Below are positions 31,961 through 42,930 of a DNA stretch of 64,000 bases, piece by piece (positions within the stretch are counted from its first letter, which is position 1; every line of letters starts with the position of its first letter). The DNA is from Candidatus Oxydemutatoraceae bacterium (GTDB lineage Bacteria > Pseudomonadota > Gammaproteobacteria > Poriferisulfidales > Oxydemutatoraceae): positions 1,701,677 through 1,765,676 of the forward strand of contig OZ250161.1 in NCBI GenBank assembly GCA_965237985.1, read 5' to 3'. Made by a program: the position numbers and the translations under genes. A model generated the notes under the pieces. It made no database searches. It was not told where the DNA came from and worked only from the letters and a program-made list of their open reading frames with translations.

Positions 31961-32389
31961 GGTCTGTTTCTGAGGTGCTTTTGCCCTGCAATTGTCCGAA
32001 GCCATTTGTCGGGGGGGATGTTTGCCAGAGATGGTTTTGTTCCGTGTCGATCCTTCCATTGGCTGTGCCTGTTCGGAAACACCGATGCCTGCTGCTTGGG
32101 TGGTGGCCTGTCGTTCAGATTCTTTGGGGTTGACGGGGGGAGAAGGCTTTGGTTTTGGTGCCGGGCGGAGTACTGGTTTGAGTGGCTGCTGCCGACTTGC
32201 CACTCAGAACTTTTCGCCAGATTGTCGATTGTGTTCCACTTGTGTTCCTCATAGATCGCGATATGGAGGAGTGTGCTCCCAAGCGGTGCGACAGGTTGCG
32301 AAGAGGCTGTCAATTTGAGCGAGCACCGGGGAAAGTCAGGGGGGGCGGAGTGTTTGCTGTCCGGATTCTGTGGTCATGTTGGTGACATC

Positions 32390-35086
32390 ATGATGAAGAA
32401 AAATTTTTTACTGGTTGACGGGTCTCACTACCTTTTTCGCGCTTATTTTGCGTTGCCGAGACTGACTGCTCCCGACGGGCATTTGACGGGTGTGATTTAC
32501 GGAGTCGCTGCGATGTTGAAAAGGCTTTACGAGTCTGGGAAATACGATTATTTTGCAGTGATTTTTGATGCCCCCGGGGGCAATTTCCGACACGAGATTT
32601 TTCCACAATATAAAGCCAATCGTCCGCCGACTCCGGAAGATCTGTCACAACAGTTTGCGCCGACGCTGGAACTGGTATCAGCTCTGGGCTATCCCGTGAT
32701 CCAGGTCCCGGACGTGGAGGCCGACGATGTGATCGCGACTTTGACTCGGCAGGCACAAAATCGGGAAGTGTCGGTGATCATTGCCACCGGGGACAAGGAT
32801 CTGGCACAGCTGGTTGGTGAGCAGGTCACGATTTATGACTCGATGAAGAATGTGCGCCTGGATGCAGCCGCAATCGAGAAAAAACTGGGTGTGCCACCGA
32901 GGCTGGTCGGTGATTTTCTAGGGCTCGCCGGGGATAGCGTCGACAACGTGCCCGGGGTCCCGGGGGTGGGGCCTAAAACAGCGATTGCCTGGTTGAACAA
33001 GTTTGGAAACCTGGATGAAATCATGCGGCATGCTGCGCAAATCAAGGGGAAAGTCGGCGAGAAACTGCGGCTGGCAATTGCGGATGGAAGTCTTGTGCTT
33101 TCCAGGGAACTGGTCGCTTTGCGTGCCGATGTGAAACTGGAACACGCATATGAAAGTATGCAGGTGAAAGCGGCAAACGAAGAACGTCTGCGCGAACTGT
33201 ATCAAAGTCACGGTTTCAAGAAATGGTTGTTGGAACTGAATGCTCCTGCCGATCAGAAGATCATGAGTGCTGCTCTCGGATGTGATTACGACACCATATT
33301 GACGGAGAGTGAACTGGAAGCATGGATTGCGCGGTTGCGGGAGAATGGTTTTTTTGCCGTGGATACCGAAACCGACAGCCTGGATTACATGAGTGCGCAA
33401 CTGGTTGGCATGTCGTTTGCCATTGCCCCGGGAAAAGCGGCTTATGTGCCTTGCGGTCATGACTATTCCGGTGCGCCCAAGCAGATTTCGCGCGACAGGC
33501 TGTTGGAGCTGATCGGGCCGGTGTTGGAGGATCCCCGAGTCGGCAAGGTCGGTCACAACCTGAAATTCGATTGCAATGTACTGGCTCGCTATGGCATCAG
33601 TCTCGTCGGCATTCGCTCGGATACGATGCTGGAGTCTTATGTCTACAACTCGGTGGCGACAAGACATAATCTGGACAGCGTTGCGCACCATTATCTGGGA
33701 CTGGCAACCACCCGTTTTGAAGACATCGCCGGCACGGGCGCCAGACAAAAAACTTTCAATCAAATTGCTTTGTCGGAAGCGGCGCCATATGCCGCGGAGG
33801 ATGCCGATTTCAGTTTGCGCCTGCACGAGCACTTCCAGCCGAAATTTGCAAATGAGACGGGTTTGCGAAGCGTGCTGCACGATATTGAAATTCCCCTGCT
33901 TTCGGTCATTGCCGATGTCGAGCGCACCGGTGTGTTGGTGGATTGCGCAGCATTGAAAACGCAAAGTGCGGAACTGCATGAGAAACTGTTAGAGACCCGG
34001 CGGCTTGCTTACGAAGCGGCTGGCCACGAATTCAATTTGAATTCATCGCAGGCTACTGCGCAGGTGCTGTTCCAGGAAAAGCAACTGCCGGTGATTCGCA
34101 AAACTCCCGGTGGCCTTCCTGCCACTTCCGAGGATGTGTTGCAGGAACTGGCGAAAGATCATGTTTTGCCGAATTTGATTCTGGAGCATCGCCTGCTCAG
34201 CAAGTTGAAGTCCACCTACACCGACAAACTGCCGCAATTGGTTCATCCCGTAAGCGGCCGGGTACATACGCAATATCATCAGGCGGTGACGGCGACCGGG
34301 AGACTGTCTTCTTCCCACCCCAACCTGCAAAACATCCCCGTTCGCACCGAGGTGGGGCGTCGGGTGCGCGAAGCGTTTATTGCGCCGCCTGGATATTGCC
34401 TGCTGTCCGCGGATTATTCACAAATAGAGTTGCGCATCATGGCCCATTTGTCCGGCGATGAAAGATTGTGCGCGGCTTTTGCACAAAACGAAGATGTGCA
34501 CAGGTCCACTGCCGCCGAAATTTTTTCCATCCCTCTTGCGTCAGTGGATACAGAACAAAGACGGATTGCGAAATCCATCAATTTTGGTTTGATTTACGGG
34601 ATGACCGAGTTTGGTCTGGCCAGACAACTGAGTCTCAGCCGCCGGGAAGCCGCGCATTATCGGGAGCGTTACTTTGCTCGTTATACGGGTGTGCAGGATT
34701 ACATGGAAGCAACCCTGAAAAGGGCGAAGAGCATGCGCTACGTGGAAACGGTGTTTGGCCGCAGACTGTCTTTGCCGAACGTCAATGCCCGAAATTACCA
34801 TGCCAGAAGTTATGCGGAGCGCAGCGCGATCAACGCTCCAATGCAAGGCAGTGCTGCCGACATCATCAAAATCGCCATGATCGATTTGCATCGTTGCCTG
34901 ATTCAAAGCTCCCTGGATGCGAGAATCATCATGCAGGTCCACGATGAACTGGTTCTGGAAGTCGCTTTGGACGCGGTTGAACAGACGGTCGGCAAGTGTC
35001 GTGAACTGATGGTTGCGGCTGCCCCTCTGAAAGTGCCCGTACAGGTGTCGATCGGCTGGGGGAAACACTGGAATGTGGCGCATTGA
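32390..35086 (+). CDS. polA: DNA polymerase I
   Basis: LLVDGSHYLFRAYFA (5'-3' exonuclease), AVDTET (3'-5' exonuclease), TGRLSSSHPNLQNIP, SADYSQIELR, AKSINFGLIYG and QVHDELV. Confidence 0.98.
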   Translation: MMKKNFLLVDGSHYLFRAYFALPRLTAPDGHLTGVIYGVAAMLKRLYESGKYDYFAVIFDAPGGNFRHEIFPQYKANRPPTPEDLSQQFAPTLELVSALGYPVIQVPDVEADDVIATLTRQAQNREVSVIIATGDKDLAQLVGEQVTIYDSMKNVRLDAAAIEKKLGVPPRLVGDFLGLAGDSVDNVPGVPGVGPKTAIAWLNKFGNLDEIMRHAAQIKGKVGEKLRLAIADGSLVLSRELVALRADVKLEHAYESMQVKAANEERLRELYQSHGFKKWLLELNAPADQKIMSAALGCDYDTILTESELEAWIARLRENGFFAVDTETDSLDYMSAQLVGMSFAIAPGKAAYVPCGHDYSGAPKQISRDRLLELIGPVLEDPRVGKVGHNLKFDCNVLARYGISLVGIRSDTMLESYVYNSVATRHNLDSVAHHYLGLATTRFEDIAGTGARQKTFNQIALSEAAPYAAEDADFSLRLHEHFQPKFANETGLRSVLHDIEIPLLSVIADVERTGVLVDCAALKTQSAELHEKLLETRRLAYEAAGHEFNLNSSQATAQVLFQEKQLPVIRKTPGGLPATSEDVLQELAKDHVLPNLILEHRLLSKLKSTYTDKLPQLVHPVSGRVHTQYHQAVTATGRLSSSHPNLQNIPVRTEVGRRVREAFIAPPGYCLLSADYSQIELRIMAHLSGDERLCAAFAQNEDVHRSTAAEIFSIPLASVDTEQRRIAKSINFGLIYGMTEFGLARQLSLSRREAAHYRERYFARYTGVQDYMEATLKRAKSMRYVETVFGRRLSLPNVNARNYHARSYAERSAINAPMQGSAADIIKIAMIDLHRCLIQSSLDARIIMQVHDELVLEVALDAVEQTVGKCRELMVAAAPLKVPVQVSIGWGKHWNVAH

Positions 35087-35264
35087 TCCTCAAGGAGGAT
35101 GGTTTCGCGGTTTTGCCGGACCCAGACATTGCCCGATTGCGCGACTGCCGGAGACGGTTTTTCTGACCAGCAACCCGGTGCCAGACGGGGGCTGGTGCTC
35201 CGGACCTGCCGAATATTCTCTATGAGGCTTCCTCTGGGGTAAAATTGTCAGGTCTCCCATAAGC

Positions 35265-37238
35265 TTGCAGCGGGGTCGGGGTCTGTTCAGTGTCGGAGCC
35301 TGCGGTTTTATTGATTCACGGGTAGTTTTTATGGAAAAAACCATTTTTTGGCGCCGGATGACTGCCCATCCGATGTTGCAGCCGCTGGTTCGGAAACTGG
35401 TGCGCACAGATACGTTTGAAGTCTTGCGCCGGGTAAAGCGCCTGTTCCAGGTTTTACATGGTTCGGCTCGCCGCCAACTGGTGCTCGCGCAACTGGCTTA
35501 CGTTGTACGTGATGTTGGTGCCACGCTTTCCGTAGGTGGATTCGCGTTGCTGTTGATCCTGCTCAATGCGCCTTCTCTGGCCGTGCAACATCCGCAGCTG
35601 GCATTTATCTACCATCTGTTTGATTTTGGTGTTGAAGAAAACTTCTTGCTGGCCGTCAGTGTATTTTTTGTTTTTTTTCTGATCTGCGAGAAAGCGTTTT
35701 TTCTTTTTGCGACCTGGTACAGCCAGCGTGCGGTGGAATACCTCACGCGCACATGTGCGGTGGATCTTTATCGCTACTACATCACCCTGGACTATGAAAA
35801 ACATATCAGTTTGAGCCAGGCCGAAATATTCACACGCAGCATGGACAGCCTGGAAAGTGTTACCAGAACCAACGTTCTTCTCTTGATCACCCTGTTTTCA
35901 GCAACGGTCAATATCATTTTGGTGATGGTATTCCTCGGGAGTTACTACCCTTTGGCCACTTTGGCAATGGCGGGCGGAATTTTTTTCACCTACTACGTGG
36001 TTTACGGTGCTTTGCGACAGAGGATCATTCGTTACGGGAAGGAAATGCATTTTACCAAGGCTAGGCAGTACAAGTTTCTGCGCGAAGGGGTGTCCGGGTT
36101 TCTCGAGGTGTTATTGCGCGGCAAGGCTCAGGAATTTTGTCACGAAATCGACCAGATCATGACCCGCAGAGCTCGGATCAAAGTGAAGCTGGTGATGTTT
36201 GCCCAAGCCATCCAGCCCATTATTACCGCTTTTGGGATGCTGTTTGTTTTAGGTGTGATCAGTTATTTCGTGTATTTTGACAACCCGGGGCTTGTCTTTC
36301 CAGCTTTGGCACTTTTCGTGGCCGGGGGGATCAGGTTGTTACCGGCCGTACAATCGGTTTACAGCACCATGCAAGGCGTGAGCAGCTCGTCCTATCAGTT
36401 CCACTTGGTGATGGGTGACTTGGAAAAGGCACTGGAACAGCGAGAAAGGGATCGGGAACTGGGCCTGAAGGACGGGCAAAAAGTGATTTTGAGAAAAAGC
36501 GTGCGGTTTGAAAACGTGAGTTATAGCTACCCGGGTCAGAACCAGTTCGCGGTCCGGAACATCAGTCTGGATATTCCTGCCGGAAAAGTGGTTGCGTTGT
36601 GTGGCAGATCAGGGAGTGGGAAAACCACATTGGCGCGTTTGCTCGGTGGTCTGCTGGTCCCTCGAGAAGGGGAAGTGATCATTGACGACCTTGTCCTCAA
36701 AACAGATAAACGCTTCTGCCGAAGCTGGCAAACTTCCATCGGCTACATGACGCAAAGTCCCTATTTTATGGACGATACGGTAGCGGCAAACGTCAGTTTT
36801 GAATTGAAGCCAGGGGCGATTGACCGTGAAAAAATCTGGGAGGTTTTGCAAGTCGCGCAACTGGATGATTTTGTGAAAGCACTTCCCAATGGCCTGGATG
36901 AAATCGTTGGAGAGGAAGCCCAGAAATTCAGTGGTGGACAGATGCAAAGAATTTCCATTGCCAGGGCTCTGTATGCGGACGCGACTTTGTTGTTGTTGGA
37001 TGAAACCACCAGCTTCCTGGACGCGATTACGGAGAAAAAAATCGTTGATGGCGTATTGTCCATGCGTGGTAAAAAAACGATCGTGGTCATTGCACACCGC
37101 CTGGACATCATGCGCCACGCCGACCTGATCTTTCTGATTGATGAAGGTCAGGTGACTGCCCGTGGTTCTTATCAGGAATTGCTGGACAGCAACGAAGTGT
37201 TCAGAAAACTTGCCAGGCAGTATGCAGAACAGTCGTAA
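35265..37238 (+). CDS. ABC exporter, fused permease/ATPase (PglK/MsbA-like glycolipid or polysaccharide exporter); start uncertain
   Basis: N-terminal TM domain, RLLPA.Q..Y, GRSGSGKTT, FSGGQMQRISIARALY, LLLLDETTS and VIAHR. ATGs at 35331, 35358 and 35373 are plausible true starts. Confidence 0.88.
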   Translation: MQRGRGLFSVGACGFIDSRVVFMEKTIFWRRMTAHPMLQPLVRKLVRTDTFEVLRRVKRLFQVLHGSARRQLVLAQLAYVVRDVGATLSVGGFALLLILLNAPSLAVQHPQLAFIYHLFDFGVEENFLLAVSVFFVFFLICEKAFFLFATWYSQRAVEYLTRTCAVDLYRYYITLDYEKHISLSQAEIFTRSMDSLESVTRTNVLLLITLFSATVNIILVMVFLGSYYPLATLAMAGGIFFTYYVVYGALRQRIIRYGKEMHFTKARQYKFLREGVSGFLEVLLRGKAQEFCHEIDQIMTRRARIKVKLVMFAQAIQPIITAFGMLFVLGVISYFVYFDNPGLVFPALALFVAGGIRLLPAVQSVYSTMQGVSSSSYQFHLVMGDLEKALEQRERDRELGLKDGQKVILRKSVRFENVSYSYPGQNQFAVRNISLDIPAGKVVALCGRSGSGKTTLARLLGGLLVPREGEVIIDDLVLKTDKRFCRSWQTSIGYMTQSPYFMDDTVAANVSFELKPGAIDREKIWEVLQVAQLDDFVKALPNGLDEIVGEEAQKFSGGQMQRISIARALYADATLLLLDETTSFLDAITEKKIVDGVLSMRGKKTIVVIAHRLDIMRHADLIFLIDEGQVTARGSYQELLDSNEVFRKLARQYAEQS

Positions 37239-37359
37239 AAACACGGAAAGTTCTCCGCGAGTTCAGAGTCTCCGAGGTGTGTTCCCCGGACTGTTCGCTG
37301 GACTGTCGTGATGCTGGAGGCCGGGTCATCATGGCTTAGAACCCGCCCGATCGATGCTC

Positions 37360-37420
37360 TTGCCGGGGTTGTCGCCGGGGTTGTCGCCGGGGTTGTCGCT
37401 GGGGCTGTTGGCGGGCTGTT
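37360..37420. repeat. 12-bp microsatellite (gccggggttgtc) x3 plus degenerate copies, upstream of rlmE
   Basis: Directly visible. Confidence 0.85.
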
Positions 37421-37536
37421 CAGTTCGGCTGGCCCGGAGGCTTGAGTGAAGGGTGGTCCTGCTGTGAAAAAAACCTGCGTATCGGTGGATATTGACCTCC
37501 TTGTGATTTGCCTGTCTGGCCCCCATATTGCGAGAC

Positions 37537-38151
37537 ATGAAAGCAAGCAGTAAACGCTGGTTGCAGGAGCGATCCCGAGACCCTTATGTGAAGTCGGCTC
37601 GCGAGCAGGGCTGGCGTTCACGCGCGGCCTTCAAGCTTAGCCAGCTTGATCAGAAACACCATTTGTTCCGCCCCGGCATGCAGGTGATTGATCTCGGTGC
37701 TACGCCGGGAGGATGGAGCCAGTATGCCGTTTCCTGCGTTGGTTGTGACGGCACTGTGGTGGCAGTGGATGTGGTGCGGATGGTTCCCATGCCCGGCGTG
37801 CATTTCGTGTATGGTGATGGCACTCAGGCGCAAGTGCGAAGCACTGTGCTTGCGTTGCTTGGGGGAAAGAAAGCGGGAATCGTCATGTCTGATATGGCGC
37901 CACACTGGTCGGGACATCCGGTCGTGGATATGCCGAAAGCGGTCGCCTTGGCCTGCGCTGCCCTGGATTTTGCCAGGGAGTGTCTGGCTCGGGGCGGAGC
38001 CCTGCTGGTAAAATTATTTCAGGGAGAAGGTTGTGACGCTTGTTTGTCGAGGCTGAATGAGGAGTTTTCCGAGTTGCATATCGTGAAGCCTCCGGCTTCG
38101 CGAGCGCGGAGCCGGGAAATTTATGTCCTGGCCAAGAAATTTAATCTATAA
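37537..38151 (+). CDS. rlmE: 23S rRNA Um2552 methyltransferase RlmE/FtsJ
   Basis: SSKRWLQE...DPYVK.A...RSRAAFKL, DLGATPGGWSQ, SDMAP and KPPASRARSREIY. Upstream of ftsH. Confidence 0.96.
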   Translation: MKASSKRWLQERSRDPYVKSAREQGWRSRAAFKLSQLDQKHHLFRPGMQVIDLGATPGGWSQYAVSCVGCDGTVVAVDVVRMVPMPGVHFVYGDGTQAQVRSTVLALLGGKKAGIVMSDMAPHWSGHPVVDMPKAVALACAALDFARECLARGGALLVKLFQGEGCDACLSRLNEEFSELHIVKPPASRARSREIYVLAKKFNL

Positions 38152-38188
38152 TGTCGTGGCATTCAGTGATCAGGAGGATTTATGACTG

Positions 38189-40129
38189 ATGGGTGATTTG
38201 ATGAAAAACCTGCTTTTGTGGGCTGTGATTGGTGTTGTGTTGATGACGCTGTTCAGCAACTTTGTTTCGCGTGAAGAAAAACCCAGGTACGTGAACTACT
38301 CGCAGTTCGTTGAGGATGTGCGTGCGGGACGCGTAAAAAGCGTCGAAATAGAATCTGATGATCGTACGGTAAACGGGACTTTTACTGATGGTCAAACGTT
38401 CCAGACTTTCAATCCGGGCGACAGCGAATTGGTGAACGATCTGCTGAGCAACAAAGTGGAAATCCGGACGGTTCCAGAGAAAAAACCGTCGCTGTTGCTT
38501 GACATCTTCATCAGTTGGTTCCCGATGTTGCTCCTGATTGGGCTTTGGGTGTTTTTCATGCGACAAATGCAGGGTTCAGCCGGGGGGCGCGGGGCAGTGA
38601 CTTTCGCGAAAAGCAAGGCGCGCCTGATAAACGAAGGTCAAATCAAAGTGACTTTCAAGGATGTCGCTGGCGTGGAAGAAGCGAAAGAAGAGGTCGTGGA
38701 GCTGGTCGAGTTTTTGCGTGACCCTGCCAAGTTCCAAAATCTTGGTGGCAGAATTCCCAAAGGTGTGTTGATGGTCGGTCAGCCAGGAACCGGTAAAACG
38801 CTTTTGGCCAGGGCCATTGCCGGCGAAGCGGAGGTGTCGTTTTTTTCCATTTCCGGTTCGGATTTTGTGGAAATGTTTGTGGGTGTTGGTGCTTCCCGGG
38901 TGCGTGACATGTTTTCCCAAGCCAAAAAACACTCGCCATGCATTGTTTTTATCGATGAAATTGACGCGGTGGGCAGGCATCGAGGAACAGGTCTTGGTGG
39001 TGGGCACGATGAGCGTGAACAGACACTGAATCAGTTGCTTGTGGAAATGGATGGATTTGAAGGCAATGAAGGAATCATCGTGATCGCCGCAACCAACAGG
39101 CCGGATGTTCTTGATCCGGCGTTGTTGCGTCCCGGGCGTTTTGATCGACAGGTAGTGGTGCCGTTGCCTGATGTGCGTGGCAGGGAGCAGATTCTCAAAG
39201 TACACATGGCTAAAGTCGTCCTGGATAAAAAAGTGCGCCGGGATATTTTGGCGCGGGGCACGCCAGGCTTCTCCGGCGCTGATTTGGAAAACCTGGTCAA
39301 TGAAGCGGCTTTGTTTGCGGCACGTGCCGACAAGAAAACCGTGGAAATGGAAGACTTCGAGAAAGCGAAAGACAAAATCATGATGGGTGCTGAACGACGC
39401 TCCATGGTGATGAGCGAGGATGAAAAGAAATTGACGGCTTACCACGAATCGGGGCACGCCATTGTTGGTCGCCTGGTGCCGGAGCATGATCCGGTTTACA
39501 AAGTGACGATTATTCCGCGTGGCCGCGCTTTGGGTGTGACGATGTTTCTTCCCGAAAGGGATATGCTCAGCCATAGTCGTCGCAAGCTGGAAAGCCAAAT
39601 TTCCAGCCTGTTTGGTGGACGTGCGGCAGAAGAATTGGTTTTTGGAACGAACGCGGTCACGACCGGCGCTTCCAACGATATTGAAAAGGCGACGGAGATT
39701 GCTCACAACATGGTGAAGGTTTGGGGTTTGTCCGAACGACTTGGTCCGCTTGCCTACGGCAAGAAAAATAGTTACCCGTTTCTGGGTCACAGTCTGGCGC
39801 GCAACGAGGATGTATATTCACAGGAAACCGCCAAAATAATTGACGAGGAAGTGCGCAGAATCGTCACGGAGAATTGTGAGCGTGCCAAGTCACTGCTTGA
39901 GGAAAATATCGATATACTGCATCTGATGGCAGAAGCATTGATGAAATACGAGACCCTGAATGGCAGTCAGCTTGATGAGATCATGGCAGGTCAGCCGCCG
40001 AGTATGCCGGAAGGATGGAACGACAGTGAGGATTCGGATGACACGGGCACTCTTTCAGGTTCGGAGCGGGCAGATACGGATACGGATGTCTCCGAGGCTG
40101 AGTTGGGCGGGGCAGCCAAGGGGCACTAG
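38189..40129 (+). CDS. ftsH: ATP-dependent zinc metalloprotease FtsH
   Basis: Two TM segments, [23 protein letters not shown] and HESGH. Confidence 0.99.
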   Translation: MGDLMKNLLLWAVIGVVLMTLFSNFVSREEKPRYVNYSQFVEDVRAGRVKSVEIESDDRTVNGTFTDGQTFQTFNPGDSELVNDLLSNKVEIRTVPEKKPSLLLDIFISWFPMLLLIGLWVFFMRQMQGSAGGRGAVTFAKSKARLINEGQIKVTFKDVAGVEEAKEEVVELVEFLRDPAKFQNLGGRIPKGVLMVGQPGTGKTLLARAIAGEAEVSFFSISGSDFVEMFVGVGASRVRDMFSQAKKHSPCIVFIDEIDAVGRHRGTGLGGGHDEREQTLNQLLVEMDGFEGNEGIIVIAATNRPDVLDPALLRPGRFDRQVVVPLPDVRGREQILKVHMAKVVLDKKVRRDILARGTPGFSGADLENLVNEAALFAARADKKTVEMEDFEKAKDKIMMGAERRSMVMSEDEKKLTAYHESGHAIVGRLVPEHDPVYKVTIIPRGRALGVTMFLPERDMLSHSRRKLESQISSLFGGRAAEELVFGTNAVTTGASNDIEKATEIAHNMVKVWGLSERLGPLAYGKKNSYPFLGHSLARNEDVYSQETAKIIDEEVRRIVTENCERAKSLLEENIDILHLMAEALMKYETLNGSQLDEIMAGQPPSMPEGWNDSEDSDDTGTLSGSERADTDTDVSEAELGGAAKGH

Positions 40130-40203
40130 TTGTTTGCAGCTTTGCGGCCTGCAGATGCCGATTTGCTTATTTCAGTGTAGCGAATTCCGGGGAAACATTC
40201 CGG

Positions 40204-41529
40204 GTGTTGACCCCATTCGGAACTGACGGTCTGCGCGGCAAAGTCGGCCGCCATCCGATGACCCCGGGTTTTGTCATGAAATTCGGCTGGGCCTTGGGCC
40301 GCGCTTTTATTTCCCCACAAAGCGATATGGTTGTGATTGGCAAAGATACCCGCCTGTCCGGCTACATGTTTGAATCAGCCTTGGAAGCCGGTCTTTCGGC
40401 GGCAGGGGCATCGGTTCTGTTGCTCGGCCCCTTGCCGACTCCGGGAGTTTCCTTTATCACGAAAAAAGAAAAAGCGGTTTTGGGAATTGTGATCACTGCT
40501 TCTCACAATCCTCATGGTGACAATGGCATCAAATTGTTTTTCGGAGACGGGCGCAAGCTTTCACACGAAAGTGAGTCATTGATCACAGAGTGGCTCAACA
40601 AACCCATGCAAGTCGTGGCATCTGATTCCCTTGGGCGAGCTTGGCGTGAGGAGCGAGCCTCTGACATGTACGTTGACTATTGTCTGGAGATTGCTGGGAA
40701 ATTGGATCTCAGCGGCATGAAACTGGTTTTGGACTGTGCGAATGGTTCTGCCTACAGTGTTGCCCCTCGGGTTTATCAACGCCTGGGGTGTGAGCTGACT
40801 GTGATCGGTGGGCATCCGGATGGCTTGAATATCAACCGCAAGGTTGGAAGCATGGAACCGCAACAGTTGCAACGTGTCGTGCGCGCCCAAGAGGCGGACA
40901 TGGGTTTGGCGGTGGATGGGGATGGAGATCGTCTGCTCATGGTGGATGATCATGGAGAACTGGTCGAAGGAGATGAGTTGCTGGCGATTATTGCCTGCCA
41001 CCGTCAGGCGACCGTTGGCCTCGTCGGCATTGTGGGGACTGAAATGAGCAGTGTGGCATTGGAGCGGGCAATGGTCGAGCGCGGGATTGCCTTCAGGCGG
41101 GCTGCCGTTGGTGATCGGAATGTATTGCAGTTAATGGACGAACTGGACTGGGCCCTCGGGGGGGAGAGTTCAGGACACATCATTTGTTTTGATAAAGTGG
41201 ATACCGGAGATGCCATCGTTGCTTCACTGGAACTGATGAAGGCATTGCGAGACAGAAAGGAAAAACTGAGTGAGGCAAAACAAGTCATGAAAAAATTGCC
41301 CCGGGTCCTGGTGAACATCCCTTTGAACGGAGCGTTCGACATCGGTGACGAGGATCTGCAGTCTTTGTTGTTCAAAGCACGGGAGCGTCTCGGGGACACA
41401 GGACGCGTGCTGGTGCGCAAATCCGGTACTGAACCGTTGCTCAGGGTGATGGTGGAAGCGGAGCTTCTTGCTGATTGTAATTACTGGTCCAAACGCATCA
41501 GTGCCTGCATCAGTAATGCAAGCGAATAA
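40204..41529 (+). CDS. glmM: Phosphoglucosamine mutase
   Basis: FGTDGLRG, GKDTRLSGYM, TASHNP..DNGIK, DGDGDR, GGESSGH and RKSGTEP. Confidence 0.96.
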   Translation: MLTPFGTDGLRGKVGRHPMTPGFVMKFGWALGRAFISPQSDMVVIGKDTRLSGYMFESALEAGLSAAGASVLLLGPLPTPGVSFITKKEKAVLGIVITASHNPHGDNGIKLFFGDGRKLSHESESLITEWLNKPMQVVASDSLGRAWREERASDMYVDYCLEIAGKLDLSGMKLVLDCANGSAYSVAPRVYQRLGCELTVIGGHPDGLNINRKVGSMEPQQLQRVVRAQEADMGLAVDGDGDRLLMVDDHGELVEGDELLAIIACHRQATVGLVGIVGTEMSSVALERAMVERGIAFRRAAVGDRNVLQLMDELDWALGGESSGHIICFDKVDTGDAIVASLELMKALRDRKEKLSEAKQVMKKLPRVLVNIPLNGAFDIGDEDLQSLLFKARERLGDTGRVLVRKSGTEPLLRVMVEAELLADCNYWSKRISACISNASE

Positions 41530-41540
41530 GCGAAACTCGG

Positions 41541-42338
41541 TTGCACGTGGTGGATCGTTTTCTGGTTATCGCCAACTGGAAGCAGAACGGCGACCGTGTT
41601 GCAAATCAGCAGTTGCTGAGTGCCGTGCTTGTGGCGGGACCTTGGCGGGGAATCGAGGTTATAGTCTGCCCACCGCTCGTGTATATTGAACAGGTTGCCA
41701 CCATTTTGGCAGAAAGTTTCATGATGCTTGGCGGTCAGCAGGCAAGTGACCGGCGGGGAGGTGCTTATACAGGGGAAGTATCCGCCACCATGCTTGCCGA
41801 ATTTGGTTGCAAGTGGGTGGTGGTAGGTCATTCGGAACGACGTTTGCACTATGGTGAGAACGAAGAACGCATTGCCAGGAAGCTCCAGGCTGTGTGTGAC
41901 TCCGGGATGATTCCGATCCTGTGTGTCGGGGAAACGCTGGAGCAGCGCGATGCCGGAACAGACCGGGAAACGGTCGATCGGCAGTTGCAGGTTTTACAAA
42001 AGCTGTGTGACAGTGAAGGAGAACAGGCGAGTGAAATGGTGGTTGCTTACGAGCCGGTGTGGGCGATCGGGTCTGGGCAGGTTCCTGCGCCAGGTGATAT
42101 CGAAGGCATGCATGGTTTCATCAAGTCTCGTTTGGAAAAGTTGCTGGGGAAAAGGGGACGGGAAAGCAGGGTGGCGTACGGCGGCAGCGTCAATTGTGCG
42201 ACTGCGCCTGGCCTGCTGGCTTTGGACCATGTCGACGGCATTCTGGTGGGCGGGGCATCGTTGCATGCGGAAAGCTTTGTCGGGCTATGTTCTCTGGCGG
42301 CGGAAGCGGTTGGCGAACGTGGTGTGCAGACATCATAA
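41541..42338 (+). CDS. tpiA: Triosephosphate isomerase
   Basis: ANWKQN, GAYTGEVS, GHSERR, AYEPVWAIG, YGGSV and LVGGASL. Confidence 0.97.
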   Translation: MHVVDRFLVIANWKQNGDRVANQQLLSAVLVAGPWRGIEVIVCPPLVYIEQVATILAESFMMLGGQQASDRRGGAYTGEVSATMLAEFGCKWVVVGHSERRLHYGENEERIARKLQAVCDSGMIPILCVGETLEQRDAGTDRETVDRQLQVLQKLCDSEGEQASEMVVAYEPVWAIGSGQVPAPGDIEGMHGFIKSRLEKLLGKRGRESRVAYGGSVNCATAPGLLALDHVDGILVGGASLHAESFVGLCSLAAEAVGERGVQTS

Positions 42339-42357
42339 TTTTACATAGGAGTATTTT

Positions 42358-42762
42358 GTGTTATACGGGGTTTTGCTTGGGTTTGATGCTGTTCTGGCCG
42401 TAGTTTTGATCACGCTTATTCTGGTTCAAAGGGGTCGGGGGGCGGAAGTAGGTGCTGCTTTTGGTGCCGGTGCGTCCGCATCTGTTTTCGGCGCGCGCGG
42501 AATGGTGTCGTTTTTGACCAAACTGGTGGCGGTGCTTTCCGCAGTGTTTTTACTGAACAGTTTGCTTCTGGCTTACGTGGCCAACCGTGATTTCGTTTCC
42601 CAAAGCGTGACCGAGCAGAGTGTTGTCGAGGAAAGAAGCGAGGTCGATCAGAAGATTGACTCCGAATTGGAAGCATTGCATCCGGAAGCGGTACCTGATG
42701 CAACTTTGGCTGAGGACGTTCCCGGCTCGGCACCATCGCCGATTCCTAAAATTCCCGATTAG
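42358..42762 (+). CDS. secG: Preprotein translocase subunit SecG
   Basis: LILVQRGRGAEVGAAFGAGASASVFGARG...FLTK; located between tpiA and tRNA-Leu. Confidence 0.95.
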   Translation: MLYGVLLGFDAVLAVVLITLILVQRGRGAEVGAAFGAGASASVFGARGMVSFLTKLVAVLSAVFLLNSLLLAYVANRDFVSQSVTEQSVVEERSEVDQKIDSELEALHPEAVPDATLAEDVPGSAPSPIPKIPD

Positions 42763-42764
42763 AA

Positions 42765-42850
42765 GCCGATGTGGTGGAATTTGGTAGACACGCTGTCTTG
42801 AGGGGGCAGTGGCGAAAGTCGTGCCGGTTCGAGTCCGGCCATCGGCACCA
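42765..42850 (+). tRNA. tRNA-Leu (GAG), first copy
   Basis: GCCGATG...CATCGGC-A-CCA acceptor stem, anticodon arm CTGTC-TTGAGGG-GGCAG, long variable arm and GGTTCGAGTCC T-arm. Canonical position after secG. Confidence 0.97.
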
Positions 42851-42930
42851 GTTTAAGCAACGTGATTGACGCGAAGTCGGATGAGTGCTTTCTCGATGCC
42901 GTCGCCGATTCCTAAAATTCCCGATTAGAA

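Noticed and set aside
42725-42850. tcggcacca shared by secG and the tRNA 3' end as an att-site duplication
   Set aside because: It is only 9 bp, does not match the array's unit boundaries, and no integrase is present.
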